From: a virus
Lineage: Duplodnaviria > Caudoviricetes
DNA: 64,000 nt
Direction: 5' to 3' (one strand)
Virus record (IMG/VR): IMGVR_UViG_3300009037_000003
Coordinates: 1 to 64,000 of that record
Position numbers and translations under genes: made by a program. Numbering within the stretch: the stretch's first letter is position 1; the number at the start of each line of letters is the position of its first letter. Positions 27,595 to 37,626 of this stretch are shown in pieces. The notes beneath the pieces are model-generated. The model searched no databases and had not been told where the DNA came from. It saw nothing but the letters and a program-made list of their open reading frames with translations.

Positions 27595-28278
27595 ATGATG
27601 GGTAATACGCCTGATCTATGGACAATGATGAATTATAGCGATACTGAACTCACTAGACTGGCAGTACAAATCAATAACATTTTGAAAGATAGACTGACGG
27701 ACAAAGTGTCCGACCCGTGGGAAGACGTCTTAGGACAAGAAAGCGCGAAACGCGCGCTGATGGTAGCAGCAGCTGCAAAAGTTGGTGCCGTAATCATAGG
27801 ACCGACGGAGAGCGGTAAAGAACTGCTACGTGCCGGCGCAATTAGACTTGGATTGCCATGGGTTGGTCTTTTCTCTTCGTGTCCGTGCGGAAACTACGGA
27901 GATCCTATCATCGGGTGCGGCTGTTATGCCGACAAAATCCTTCGACACTTAGATAGCTTTAAGGATATAACGGAAAAGAGTGGGGTCGTAATCAGAGTAT
28001 GTCGTACTACGCGTGATAGTCACGATACTCCGGTTCCATTTTCGACAATCCAGAAAAGAATTGATAATCTGCCACCACTTCGCATTGTTAGCAAGGCGGA
28101 ACTTTGTCCGTTATCTCTTAAAATGCTTGCTCAAGCCAAACACGAACTGAACATTTCGGAAGACATCATCTTGCAAGTCGCGAGCGGTGTGTCTCGACTT
28201 GACGATAGACCACTGGACGTCGCCTGTGTGTCCGAGGCGATTTGCTATAGTCACGCAACAGTCTTGAGACATTATTAG
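27595..28278 (+). CDS. Shortened, degenerate ComM/YifB (Mg-chelatase-like AAA+) homolog
   Basis: DVLGQESAKRALMVAAA, GPTESGK, CPCGNYGD..CGC, VSEAICY. Confidence 0.75.
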   Translation: MMGNTPDLWTMMNYSDTELTRLAVQINNILKDRLTDKVSDPWEDVLGQESAKRALMVAAAAKVGAVIIGPTESGKELLRAGAIRLGLPWVGLFSSCPCGNYGDPIIGCGCYADKILRHLDSFKDITEKSGVVIRVCRTTRDSHDTPVPFSTIQKRIDNLPPLRIVSKAELCPLSLKMLAQAKHELNISEDIILQVASGVSRLDDRPLDVACVSEAICYSHATVLRHY

Positions 28279-28287
28279 GGCTATACT

Positions 28288-28761
28288 ATGGCTAGGGTAC
28301 AAATAGTTGCTGGGGATATGCTGCAATCCGATTGTCGATATATTTGCCACCAATGCAATTGTGTCACCCGTAATGCAGCGGGACTTGCCGCAGAGATCTT
28401 CCATAAATTTCCATGGGCCAATGTATACTATAAGCAAAGATACGGAGAAATGGGCAGAATCATTGTTTCCGGCGACGGTTACAATCAACGATTCGTAATC
28501 GGCATGTTCGCACAGTACTATCCAGGAAAGGCGAAATATATCGATAGCCCTCTGGACGGCATATTGGCTCGCGAACGTGCTTTCGCAACTTGCCTGAATT
28601 CGATCTTAAAAATCGAATGGTTAGGCAGTGTCGGGTTTCCATATAAGATTGGCTGCGGACTCGCAAAAGGCGACTGGAATAAATATCTGCAAATGATTGC
28701 TGAGTTTAGCGAAAAAACTCCGGCAGAAGTAAAGATTTACAAAGCGGAGAAACCATTGTGA
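28288..28761 (+). CDS. Macro-domain (ADP-ribose processing) protein
   Basis: GDM..ICHQCNC..AGLA..FP, MFAQ, FPYKIGCGLAKGDW. Confidence 0.9.
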   Translation: MARVQIVAGDMLQSDCRYICHQCNCVTRNAAGLAAEIFHKFPWANVYYKQRYGEMGRIIVSGDGYNQRFVIGMFAQYYPGKAKYIDSPLDGILARERAFATCLNSILKIEWLGSVGFPYKIGCGLAKGDWNKYLQMIAEFSEKTPAEVKIYKAEKPL

Positions 28762-29123
28762 CACCAGAACAACAGCAGGCGGTAAGATTGATCGGCAAAA
28801 TTTCGAACGGTTTTCAGTTTCCGGACGAAGCATTAGAGACCATTATCGGCTATTTAGAAACGATCGTCTGTTTTCTAGAAGGAAAAGGAGATGTTTGGGC
28901 ACTGGCTTATATACCACTTACACATGAATTACGCAACTTCCAGAGAATGCAACAGGAACGGCAACGCGAGTGCAATTAACGACGGAGAATGATCATGGGA
29001 TTGGTGCCAAAGGGATTATGGTTGTTGACAATCTTAACGTGGTTAACGGGTCTTGTAATCGCAGGAACGATTGTCGGTCTCGCAACGATTCTTGTAAATC
29101 TTAAATAGGAGAATGCCGGAATA

Positions 29124-29450
29124 ATGGCACATCAAACTTTAATTTCCATGGCAACAAAGCATATATTTTTTCTAGAAGTTGGAGAGAATGATAACAGAGT
29201 ACATGTAGATCTCGATCAGCAGGTAAGTGTCGAACTTAGGCGCCGCGATCCAACCGGCAAAGCGAATCTATGGGCGGTAATGGTCGATGGACTAGTACTC
29301 AATCTTAATGGTGAACTTGAATCTGAACCATCGCCGTCTAATCGCAGCAATGATTTTCTTTCGAAAACGCGGTTTCCTTTATTAAAAGCCTTTAGGGTCG
29401 CAGAGGACTACATCGAAAAACACATTTTGAGAGAAAAAAATGAGCAGTAG
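29124..29450 (+). CDS. Hypothetical protein
   Basis: LNLNGELESEPSPSNRSNDFLSKTRF motif. Confidence 0.6.
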   Translation: MAHQTLISMATKHIFFLEVGENDNRVHVDLDQQVSVELRRRDPTGKANLWAVMVDGLVLNLNGELESEPSPSNRSNDFLSKTRFPLLKAFRVAEDYIEKHILREKNEQ

Positions 29451-29742
29451 ATTCGTTCGCGATAGGCACGGGAGCGAAGCGTCTATTGAAATCGGACTTG
29501 ATGGACAGTATAAAAAAAGACGATCAACATTAGTAAAGCCTAAATCGGCTAGATCTACTGCCAGCAGAAAAGCCAGACGAATAGATGGTTCTGCGTGCCG
29601 TTTGGTTTCATTAGCAGAGATTGCAGAGGCGACGACTGACCCAATCGAAAAGGCTAGTCGCATCGATCAAGAACGCCGAGCAAAGCGTTCTCATAATAGA
29701 AATCATCGCGCAAGAAGAAGGTTGCACAAAGGGAGAAAATAA
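29440..29742 (+). CDS. Highly basic small protein
   Basis: Arg/Lys-rich, overlaps the upstream ORF. Confidence 0.55.
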   Translation: MSSRFVRDRHGSEASIEIGLDGQYKKRRSTLVKPKSARSTASRKARRIDGSACRLVSLAEIAEATTDPIEKASRIDQERRAKRSHNRNHRARRRLHKGRK

Positions 29743-30470
29743 ATGTTCACAGGAAAAATTTTATTTAGAGACACGAGCTCGCAGTCATCGACTCCAAACA
29801 CAAGGGTTCTTTTAGTGATTGGAAAAGTTATTGTACCATCAGAATTCCCTGCCGTGTCAGAAAATTTCTACGATATATCTGGCGACGAAGAAATTGGAAC
29901 GATGCAGATAGATTACGATAACCCGACCGATGTTTCTGAGCAGGTGTACGATCTTACATTAACAAATTTGGGTGAGATGATACTCGAAGACGAGTAGAAA
30001 AATAATATGAAAACGACGCAGCTGACATTAACATTGCCTTTTATAATCAGTCTCGAAAGCCTTGCGCATATCGATCAAGTAATTGAAGGGTTAGACGAAG
30101 CAGTAGGGTCTGCGTCTCATACAACCGGTTTGGAGATTGGACGATGGGATCACCGTCATATCTTTATTATTTTTTCAGATAAGGAGAAGTATACGCTTGA
30201 CGATTTCAAAGCTATCGTAAAGAAATGGTTTAACGGCGATGACCCCAACAACGTTACGGGTTGGCGATGGACGCTTAAGGAGATTAAGTCTTGACCGGCA
30301 CATATACTAAATCGCAACTATCGAAACTGCTACGAAATTTTAGTGTAGACGTAAAATCACTTAATAAACACAGAAGGGCATATTTTGTCGATAACAATGT
30401 AATATACTGCGCAAAATACCATGGTCCCAACTTGTATGTAATCTATCAGCTCCAGAAATTAGGTGAATAA

Positions 30471-30665
30471 ATGCCGACCCACGCATTGATCGAACTACTG
30501 GACAGTCTTCATCCGGGCAGTAAAGAAGACGAGAGTATCATTGACACATTGAAAATATGCGCGCAATATGTATTACTAGATTTAGAGGCGACAACGAGGG
30601 AGCGGGACTATCTAGAATATATCATTGAACTCGCAGAGGAGTTAGAGAATAATGACGAACTATAA
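30471..30665 (+). CDS. Second 'DLEAT' small coiled-coil protein
   Basis: IDTLKICAQYVLLDLEATTRERDYL aligns with 21675-21824. Confidence 0.7.
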   Translation: MPTHALIELLDSLHPGSKEDESIIDTLKICAQYVLLDLEATTRERDYLEYIIELAEELENNDEL

Positions 30666-31297
30666 AGCTTTTAGCATTACCAATATCGACGCAGAAACTG
30701 GAACAACCACAATCGTCCTCCACAAAGGAATGATCGGCCCAGTCTGCAATTGTCTATGCGGTGTTGATGCAGGTCAGAAAGCTGCGGGAATTATCAAGGA
30801 ACTTGGTCGACTTTTAAAAATAGCAGGTAATTATCATTACAATAAGTCTGCACTCGAAGATATTGAAAAAATCTTCCCGGACGTAACGAAAGGAAACTAA
30901 ATCGATGGATGATGCATGTTCTTTCCCAAAGTGCAAAAAGCAAGCTATTTTGACATATCTAGAGCGTGGTCTATGTGATTGCCATTGGCAACAGCTTTGC
31001 AATCTAGAGCCAGGATCAGTGCCGGAATCAACTTTCCTTAGCAAACTCGGCCTATCCCGTATCGACGGAGAAATCAAAACACATGTCAAAAAAGGAAATG
31101 CTCGCGAGACTTAAGAAACTCCTGAATAAGGAAGATTCCGAAAACGATGGGGTTCTTAATCGCAAGACAAAAAAAGGGATGACGGACGAATCTTTCGTGA
31201 TAATGAAACATGTAGAAATTATGGTCGCTGATCTACGAATGCAATTAGCGGCAACTAAAAGCGAAGTATTCAGTCTCAGAAAAATTATAGAAAGCGA

Positions 31298-32869
31298 ATG
31301 ACTATGCAGAATTTCGATAAGGAACTTTGCGACTATATCCTGTCTGGATATGCTTTGCTCTATGTCGATACTCATGAGAAAGACAGAGCCATCGGTCGCA
31401 TTAGTGACATAGCAGCGGCTCTCAAGAAAAATGTCGCCATATGGTCTATATCATATGGATGGATGGTGTCTGATACTGCTTCTCCACCTCCTCCGAATAC
31501 ATCTCCAATTGAGTCACAGCTTGGTTACATTCTCCAGATGGAGCCAAACACTATCTGTATCCTGAAGGATTTCGGCTTTTATGTTTCGCATGATACGAAT
31601 CCGTCTTTTGATGTTGTTATTAGCACGCTTGACGATATTCGCAAGATAATCGTTGATCCTGAATTTGGCCATACGATTGTCTTTGTTGGTCCAGACTTTA
31701 AAGTACCAACTCAGTTACTAAACGAAATAACTCATCTTGATTTCGATCTGCCAAACGAAGACGAGTTGTCGCAGATTATCCAGGAAATCTGCAACAACGT
31801 AGTAAACGCAAATGGCGAGAAGTTCGTACCACAATTGGATAAGCTAGAAATGGCAGTCCGCGCATGCAAAGGAATGACCGCGCAGCAAGCGTCAGACCGT
31901 ATCGCTTTAGCACTACGAACAACTAAAGATCTTGGCCATGATGCGATAGAAAGCATCCTGAAGGAAAAAGCCGCCATCATTAAACTGGCCGGAACAATCG
32001 AATACACTGAACCGCCGCCGGGCGGGCTAAGCAATATCGGTGGTTACGAAAATATTAAGGAACACATCCTAATAGATCGCACTTGTTCCACTCAGCAAGC
32101 AAATGATTTTGGAATCGAATTTCCAAAAGGATTGATGCTAGTCGGCGTCCCAGGCTGCGGCAAGACGAGAATTGCCGAATGCATCGCGTCAGAATTACAA
32201 ATGCCTCTTATTTCGATGGACGTCGGAAATTTAATGAGCAAGTATGTCGGCGATAGCGAAAAAAATATGCGTGACGCCATAAAGATTATTAATCGCGTGT
32301 CGCCATGTGTCTTGATGTTGGACGAAATCGAGAAGGGTTTCGGTGGTGCCGGAGATCAGGACGGTGGGGCCAGCCAACGAGTCTTTGGAACATTCTTAAA
32401 GTGGCTGAGCGATCGTAAAACATCTGTATATGTCGTTGCAACTGCCAATAGGGTAGAATCATTGCCTCCTGAATTCTGCCGCAAAGGAAGGTTCGACGAA
32501 ATCTACGGTCTTGACTTGCCAAACCAAAAAGAACGCGCCGACATCTTCGCTATCCACCTTAAGAAGAGAAACCAAAATGTATCCCTATTTGACCTTGATC
32601 GTCTCGCTGCTGATACCGATGGATACACAGGCGCGGATATAGAACAAGCTATCAAGTTAGGGCTAAAGATCGCGTTCATAAATGACAAGACCCTTGATAT
32701 GGAGTCTCTTCTAAATGGTATTAAAGATGTAATCCCGCTATCAAAAACAGAAGCAGAAAGGATCACAAAGATCAGAGAATGGTGCAAGCTGCATAGTAAG
32801 CAAGCTAGTACCACCAATACGACTAAGTCTGTTGCTTCAAAAATGTCTCGGAAAGTTAGTCTCAATTGA
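31298..32869 (+). CDS. Ycf46-like AAA+ ATPase
   Basis: N-terminal degenerate domain (ILKDF), GVPGCGKT, LDEIEKG, TAN, LPPE..RKGRFDE, GADIEQ. Confidence 0.92.
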   Translation: MTMQNFDKELCDYILSGYALLYVDTHEKDRAIGRISDIAAALKKNVAIWSISYGWMVSDTASPPPPNTSPIESQLGYILQMEPNTICILKDFGFYVSHDTNPSFDVVISTLDDIRKIIVDPEFGHTIVFVGPDFKVPTQLLNEITHLDFDLPNEDELSQIIQEICNNVVNANGEKFVPQLDKLEMAVRACKGMTAQQASDRIALALRTTKDLGHDAIESILKEKAAIIKLAGTIEYTEPPPGGLSNIGGYENIKEHILIDRTCSTQQANDFGIEFPKGLMLVGVPGCGKTRIAECIASELQMPLISMDVGNLMSKYVGDSEKNMRDAIKIINRVSPCVLMLDEIEKGFGGAGDQDGGASQRVFGTFLKWLSDRKTSVYVVATANRVESLPPEFCRKGRFDEIYGLDLPNQKERADIFAIHLKKRNQNVSLFDLDRLAADTDGYTGADIEQAIKLGLKIAFINDKTLDMESLLNGIKDVIPLSKTEAERITKIREWCKLHSKQASTTNTTKSVASKMSRKVSLN

Positions 32870-32881
32870 AAGAAGGGTATC

Positions 32882-33844
32882 ATGATTCAGCAAACTACTA
32901 AGTTATTCGACAGCGGTTGTCTAGTCAATCTTAAGATTGGTACGTGGTCTGGTAGAAAAATGCTTACACGATCTGACTTAATAGCTATGGGCTATAATCC
33001 GGATAATCTTCCAGAAGAAATTGTTAATCTTGGCCGCAAACTAATGGTCCCAAAGGGAGAGATTCAAGCCATTACGAAGCTTGATCAAAGAGCGAGGAAG
33101 ATTCTAGAAAAGAACTCCGTCCCCTTTGGTATCTCTGGCGCTAAATTCGTCCCCATTAAGTTATTGCCTATGGTAGAAGCTCAGTTTGCCGAATTAAAGG
33201 ATGAGTTTTTCGCTACAGTAGATAGTTTCATTGGTCGATTTGGCGACATGGTTCAGGCTGCTAAAAATTTTCACCCGGAATTTTGGGAAAGATGTCTGAA
33301 GAAGCATTATCCGGCAAATCCGAAAGCGTTGCGAGAGAAATTCCAATTCGGTTGGTTTATTTTCACGATTAGCGGAAGTAGCGATCTAACACAAACAACG
33401 ACAGAACAAGCGGTACAGGACGATAGCCTACGCAAGCAGCGACAAGAAGCGATGGCGAAGGCACTGCAAGAAGAAGCTGAAAATTTTGCTCAAGAATATG
33501 TCGATCTAATGAGAACTAAGACGATCGAGTTCTGTAATCATATGGCGGCTCGTATCAATGGAACACCGTATGGAGATGAAGAATCCGCTAGGAAGATGAC
33601 GGCAAGATCTATTGCATGTTTCAGGAAGCAGATTACTCATTTCAGAGATATGAATATCTTTGACGACGCAGAAATTGAGAAATCCCTAATGGAATTCCAG
33701 AAGACATTCCTTGATCACGGAGTTACCGCTGAAACCTTTAAGTCCGGTAACGTTAAGAGCGCCGTCCTGCAAGCGTTGGATGCTATTAAGTCAAAGGCTA
33801 GCACAGTACTCGGCACATCGCCATCGAGAAAGGTAGTTTTATAA
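32882..33844 (+). CDS. DUF3150-like protein
   Basis: LVNLKIGTWSGRK..LGRKLMVP..SVPF..FVP..YP..LREKFQF. Confidence 0.7.
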   Translation: MIQQTTKLFDSGCLVNLKIGTWSGRKMLTRSDLIAMGYNPDNLPEEIVNLGRKLMVPKGEIQAITKLDQRARKILEKNSVPFGISGAKFVPIKLLPMVEAQFAELKDEFFATVDSFIGRFGDMVQAAKNFHPEFWERCLKKHYPANPKALREKFQFGWFIFTISGSSDLTQTTTEQAVQDDSLRKQRQEAMAKALQEEAENFAQEYVDLMRTKTIEFCNHMAARINGTPYGDEESARKMTARSIACFRKQITHFRDMNIFDDAEIEKSLMEFQKTFLDHGVTAETFKSGNVKSAVLQALDAIKSKASTVLGTSPSRKVVL

Positions 33845-34260
33845 TGAGTCGATTCTGTACAGTTAAGACTGAGTTACGAGATAAAACTGCATTGTTGGCT
33901 GCACTGGCAGAAACAGGACAATGGGCACCTGAGTGGATTGAGTCTCATGATCTTCCTCAGCCTCTGTTCGGTTACCAGGGGGACAAACGAGAGGAAGTAG
34001 CCAATATTATCGTCCGACGAGAACATATCGGCCTTGCCTCTAATGATCTCGGATTTGTCAAAAATCCCGACGGCACATATTCGTCTATCGTTTCGGAGTT
34101 CGACGGGCGACGAATCGACAAGGCCTTTATGGGGCGACTTAAGGCCAATTATGCTTTTCATGTAATCAAGAATCAACAGGAAGCTCTCGGGCGAACAGTC
34201 CAAAGAACTCGCGATCAGAAAACAGGTCGTCAATCGGTGGTAGTGGCCGGATATCGCTAA
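33844..34260 (+). CDS. DUF1257 (Ycf35-like) protein
   Basis: MSRF..VKT..L..AL, GYQGD.R, SNDLGF, YA. Confidence 0.85.
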   Translation: MSRFCTVKTELRDKTALLAALAETGQWAPEWIESHDLPQPLFGYQGDKREEVANIIVRREHIGLASNDLGFVKNPDGTYSSIVSEFDGRRIDKAFMGRLKANYAFHVIKNQQEALGRTVQRTRDQKTGRQSVVVAGYR

Positions 34261-34273
34261 GTGGAGGAAACAT

Positions 34274-35257
34274 ATGATTCTACCGAGAAAACTTTCGTTT
34301 GATAATGTAGCGATAAAGCAGAAAAAGAATATTTGTAGATCTAGGAGCGATGTCGATATCAAGACGACTATCATGCGAGGACTAGTCAGAGAAATCCCTC
34401 TTATCGCAGCTAACATGGAAAGTGTTACGGATCCGCAGTTCTGTATTGATTTGTATAACTATGGCGGTTTCGGGATTCTGCATCGAGCATATTGCAGTCC
34501 TGCCTCTTACACCCAAGCCGTTCGAACGATAGCAGCTGGGATTCCGCACGTCGCCGTGTCTATAGGAGTACAAGAACAAGATAGACTATTGGTCGATCAG
34601 TTGATCAAATATGGCGCTAATGTTATCTGTATAGATATTGCTCACGGGTACTGCGATCCAGTCATCGAAATGTGCAAATATTTGTACCAGCAATATTCGC
34701 ATGTGTCCATTATCGCGGGAAACACTATCTGTACAGATATGCTTGACGAGGTTAATGATTATGTGAGTGCCGTGAAGGTCGGCTGCGGATCTGGCAGCGC
34801 CTGCGAAACGAGTAGCACAGCTGGCTGCACGGAGCCTCAGTTTAATGCTGTTATGAGATTCAAGGAAAGATCTTTAGAACTTGGATTGCCAATCATTTCC
34901 GATGGCGGAATCAGAACACCGTCCGACTTTGTAAAAGCAATCGGAGCAGGTGCTGCTAGTGTAATGGCAGGATCTATATTCTGTCGTTGCCCAGAAAGTG
35001 CAGGTCCAATCGTATATGTGGGAGATGAACCTAAAAAAATGTACTCTGGAATGGCGTCGAGAAATGTTCAGCAAATTTGGAAGGGCGGTCTTAGAAATGG
35101 TTGCCCGGAAGGGAAAACAGTAGTTTTAGATGTCGGTGAAGGTTATAAGGAATTACTTTGCAGATATGCTGGAGCATTGAGGTCTGGCATTACATACGCT
35201 GGCTGCAACAACGTCGATGACTTCAGAACAAATTGTGAATTTGTGGAGATATCGTAG
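34274..35257 (+). CDS. IMP dehydrogenase/GMP reductase family protein (no CBS domain)
   Basis: AANME, IDIAHG, AGN, GSGSACET, SDGGI, YSGMAS, PEG, LRSGITY. Confidence 0.9.
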   Translation: MILPRKLSFDNVAIKQKKNICRSRSDVDIKTTIMRGLVREIPLIAANMESVTDPQFCIDLYNYGGFGILHRAYCSPASYTQAVRTIAAGIPHVAVSIGVQEQDRLLVDQLIKYGANVICIDIAHGYCDPVIEMCKYLYQQYSHVSIIAGNTICTDMLDEVNDYVSAVKVGCGSGSACETSSTAGCTEPQFNAVMRFKERSLELGLPIISDGGIRTPSDFVKAIGAGAASVMAGSIFCRCPESAGPIVYVGDEPKKMYSGMASRNVQQIWKGGLRNGCPEGKTVVLDVGEGYKELLCRYAGALRSGITYAGCNNVDDFRTNCEFVEIS

Positions 35258-35259
35258 AT

Positions 35260-35505
35260 ATGAAGTTATTAATCACGGAGAACGGTGATGTGTTGTGTAT
35301 GTATACGGAGCGAATCGATCTCCCAGAGATCGGACGAATTACCAATATCAAACAAGCTGCCACTATTGTCTTCAACGAAGATAATCAGCGGTGGGAGGTA
35401 CTATTTGAAGGACAAAAGTTGTACGAACACCAAAGCCGCGAAACTGCCGTCAGGTGGGAAGAAGATTACTTCTCAGACAGAATCAATGAATTCTACGGAA
35501 CTTAA
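35260..35505 (+). CDS. Small protein of the Ycf46/DUF1257 cluster
   Basis: YTERIDL..IG..A...WEV..SRETAVRWE. Confidence 0.65.
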   Translation: MKLLITENGDVLCMYTERIDLPEIGRITNIKQAATIVFNEDNQRWEVLFEGQKLYEHQSRETAVRWEEDYFSDRINEFYGT

Positions 35506-35508
35506 CGT

Positions 35509-35712
35509 ATGTACAAACAAACAAAGCAAATAGTAATTGAAATAGATGAGCAAGGCTACGTATCGTTAGACGGAATTGGTTTCACTGGTCACGAGTGCCA
35601 TGCCTTCCTGTCGGAAATCGAAAACGCACTGGGAAAGAAGATTAGCGACCACAATAAACCATCTCGCGAGCAAAGCGTAACTCGTAAACAAATCAATCGG
35701 GGTATCAATTAG
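35509..35712 (+). CDS. DUF2997-like protein
   Basis: IEIDEQG.V..GFTGHEC..IENALG. Confidence 0.8.
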   Translation: MYKQTKQIVIEIDEQGYVSLDGIGFTGHECHAFLSEIENALGKKISDHNKPSREQSVTRKQINRGIN

Positions 35713-35722
35713 GAGAAGATTT

Positions 35723-36187
35723 ATGGCAACGGCATTTAAGCTTGGCTCTTTCCTGTCTGGCCTAACGGTTATCGGAATAGCTAGTCTTTATGGTAGTTCT
35801 CCATGCGAAAAGAATTGCTATGAGAATTTCACCTGGAGATGCAATTTATGCTACAAGACTTACGAAACAGATATCCTCGCATGCACTATGGAAGGCGAAC
35901 CTGATCTTGAAGAATGTTTAGCAGCGGCCGAAACTTCTAGGATAGAATGCGTAGCGCAAACTGGACAAACTCTAGTCGAATGCGTAAACGATTGCAACAA
36001 GTGCGAAGACGAATGTGAAAAAGAATACAACGATCGCAATTGGAACTGCGCCATGACTTATATCAACGCAATGCTCAGTTGCGACCCAAAAGATAAGGAT
36101 TGTTTGGTAGAAGCAGAAAAGGCCTATCAGGAATGTCTGCGGTTATCCAATACCTTGTATCAATCGTGCCTAGAAGAATGTTCCTGA
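35723..36187 (+). CDS. Secreted Cys-rich protein with internal duplication
   Basis: Hydrophobic N-terminus; two ~65-aa units with conserved Cys spacing. Confidence 0.7.
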   Translation: MATAFKLGSFLSGLTVIGIASLYGSSPCEKNCYENFTWRCNLCYKTYETDILACTMEGEPDLEECLAAAETSRIECVAQTGQTLVECVNDCNKCEDECEKEYNDRNWNCAMTYINAMLSCDPKDKDCLVEAEKAYQECLRLSNTLYQSCLEECS

Positions 36188-37626
36188 AAACATACTAATC
36201 CGTAGATTTTTTACAACTACCTATAGTCCGATAATATCGTTGGGGATAATTAATGAGTGAGGTAAAGGCCAAAGTCACTGGGGAAACAACGGCAGAATGG
36301 CTACTCGACGACAACAATCATGTATATGGTGTTGGTATTCATGTCTGTCTCGTATGCCATCGATGTCAAGGAGCTGGATGTACTGTTACCGACTTGGGGA
36401 TGGGGAAGGAGTGTCAGATGTGTAAAGGACGTAAAAAGATTCTATTTCATGTCTACACTCCTGGGAAGGAATAATTGCATGACAGAAAAGAGTAATGTGC
36501 GGAAAAGGGCAACTGTAGGTAAACATTACGTCGTGCTAGAATGCTCTGTCGACAATGGGATTTACGACAAAATAGCGTTGGCCACGAGAAAGGATGGTAA
36601 ATTTGCGATACTGGCTTATGCGATGAACGATCCGTATGACGATGATCCGGAAGTCATTGCCGTAATTGACGAATTGGATGCTATAACGATAAACGAATGG
36701 TTGACAAAAAGAATTAGCGATGGTAAGAACAGGAGAGTGCGATGAGATCTGACTGCGAAATAACCTACGAGTCAATTCCGATTCCATACGGACAACTCCC
36801 AATCGGAAATAAGAATGATGTTGAGCCTGGCGACATAGTAACGTGGGAAAATGCGGGCAGCATGCCTATAGGCAGAGTACTTGGTAGAGTAAGAGCCCAT
36901 GACCTTGAAGTTCCATATATTTGTGTAGTCGCCATGATGTCGGACGGAATGACTTGCGAGCGATGGATTCCCGTGCGAAGCTTAACGTCTTGTTCACAAT
37001 GTCCCGATAAGCGACTGTTATGGCTTTTCGGTCCAAAATTTATAATACTCCAATAAATGTAAGCAGGCGATCTTTCGACCTGACAACGGACCAAATAATC
37101 GCTTCAATCTCAGGAGATTAAAATGTCAGACAGCCCACTTTTCCTCAATCAGGGACAAATACGTGGAGAACCGTTAATTTACTGGGAACGGGATCTGGAC
37201 GGAACAATTTGTAGCTTATTTGTCACCGTCGGTTTGGTTTGTCCGTGGTGCAAAGGACGTGGATACAAAGCGGAAGTTATACCATCGTTGGACGACGTTA
37301 ATTCTGCCAGGACTATTAATTGCCCATGTCTTCGATGCAAAGAAAGTGGAAAACTTAGCATCGATTATCGGGCTATGGCTAGTATTTTTGGATAAATGAT
37401 GATTAACCTAAGTTGTTGTAATCAAAGGACTTGGAAATATTGCATGACGAGAAAAGTTATGTGTCACTAGATCGGTTTGCGATTGTCTAAGATTTGTGGA
37501 AAAACTGACTATCGGTTTGGTATTATGTTAATAATGGGGGGTCTATTCATGTTGCGAGTGCGACATGGACCTAGTTTACTGCTCGATTTCTAGGAAAAAC
37601 TTGTTGATGATTACCCAAAAAGTTCG

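Noticed and set aside
37408-37434. Imperfect palindrome TAAGTTGTTGTAATCAAAGGACTTG as a recombination or regulator site
   Set aside because: Only one clear copy in the window (a weak echo near 1880), too little to support a call
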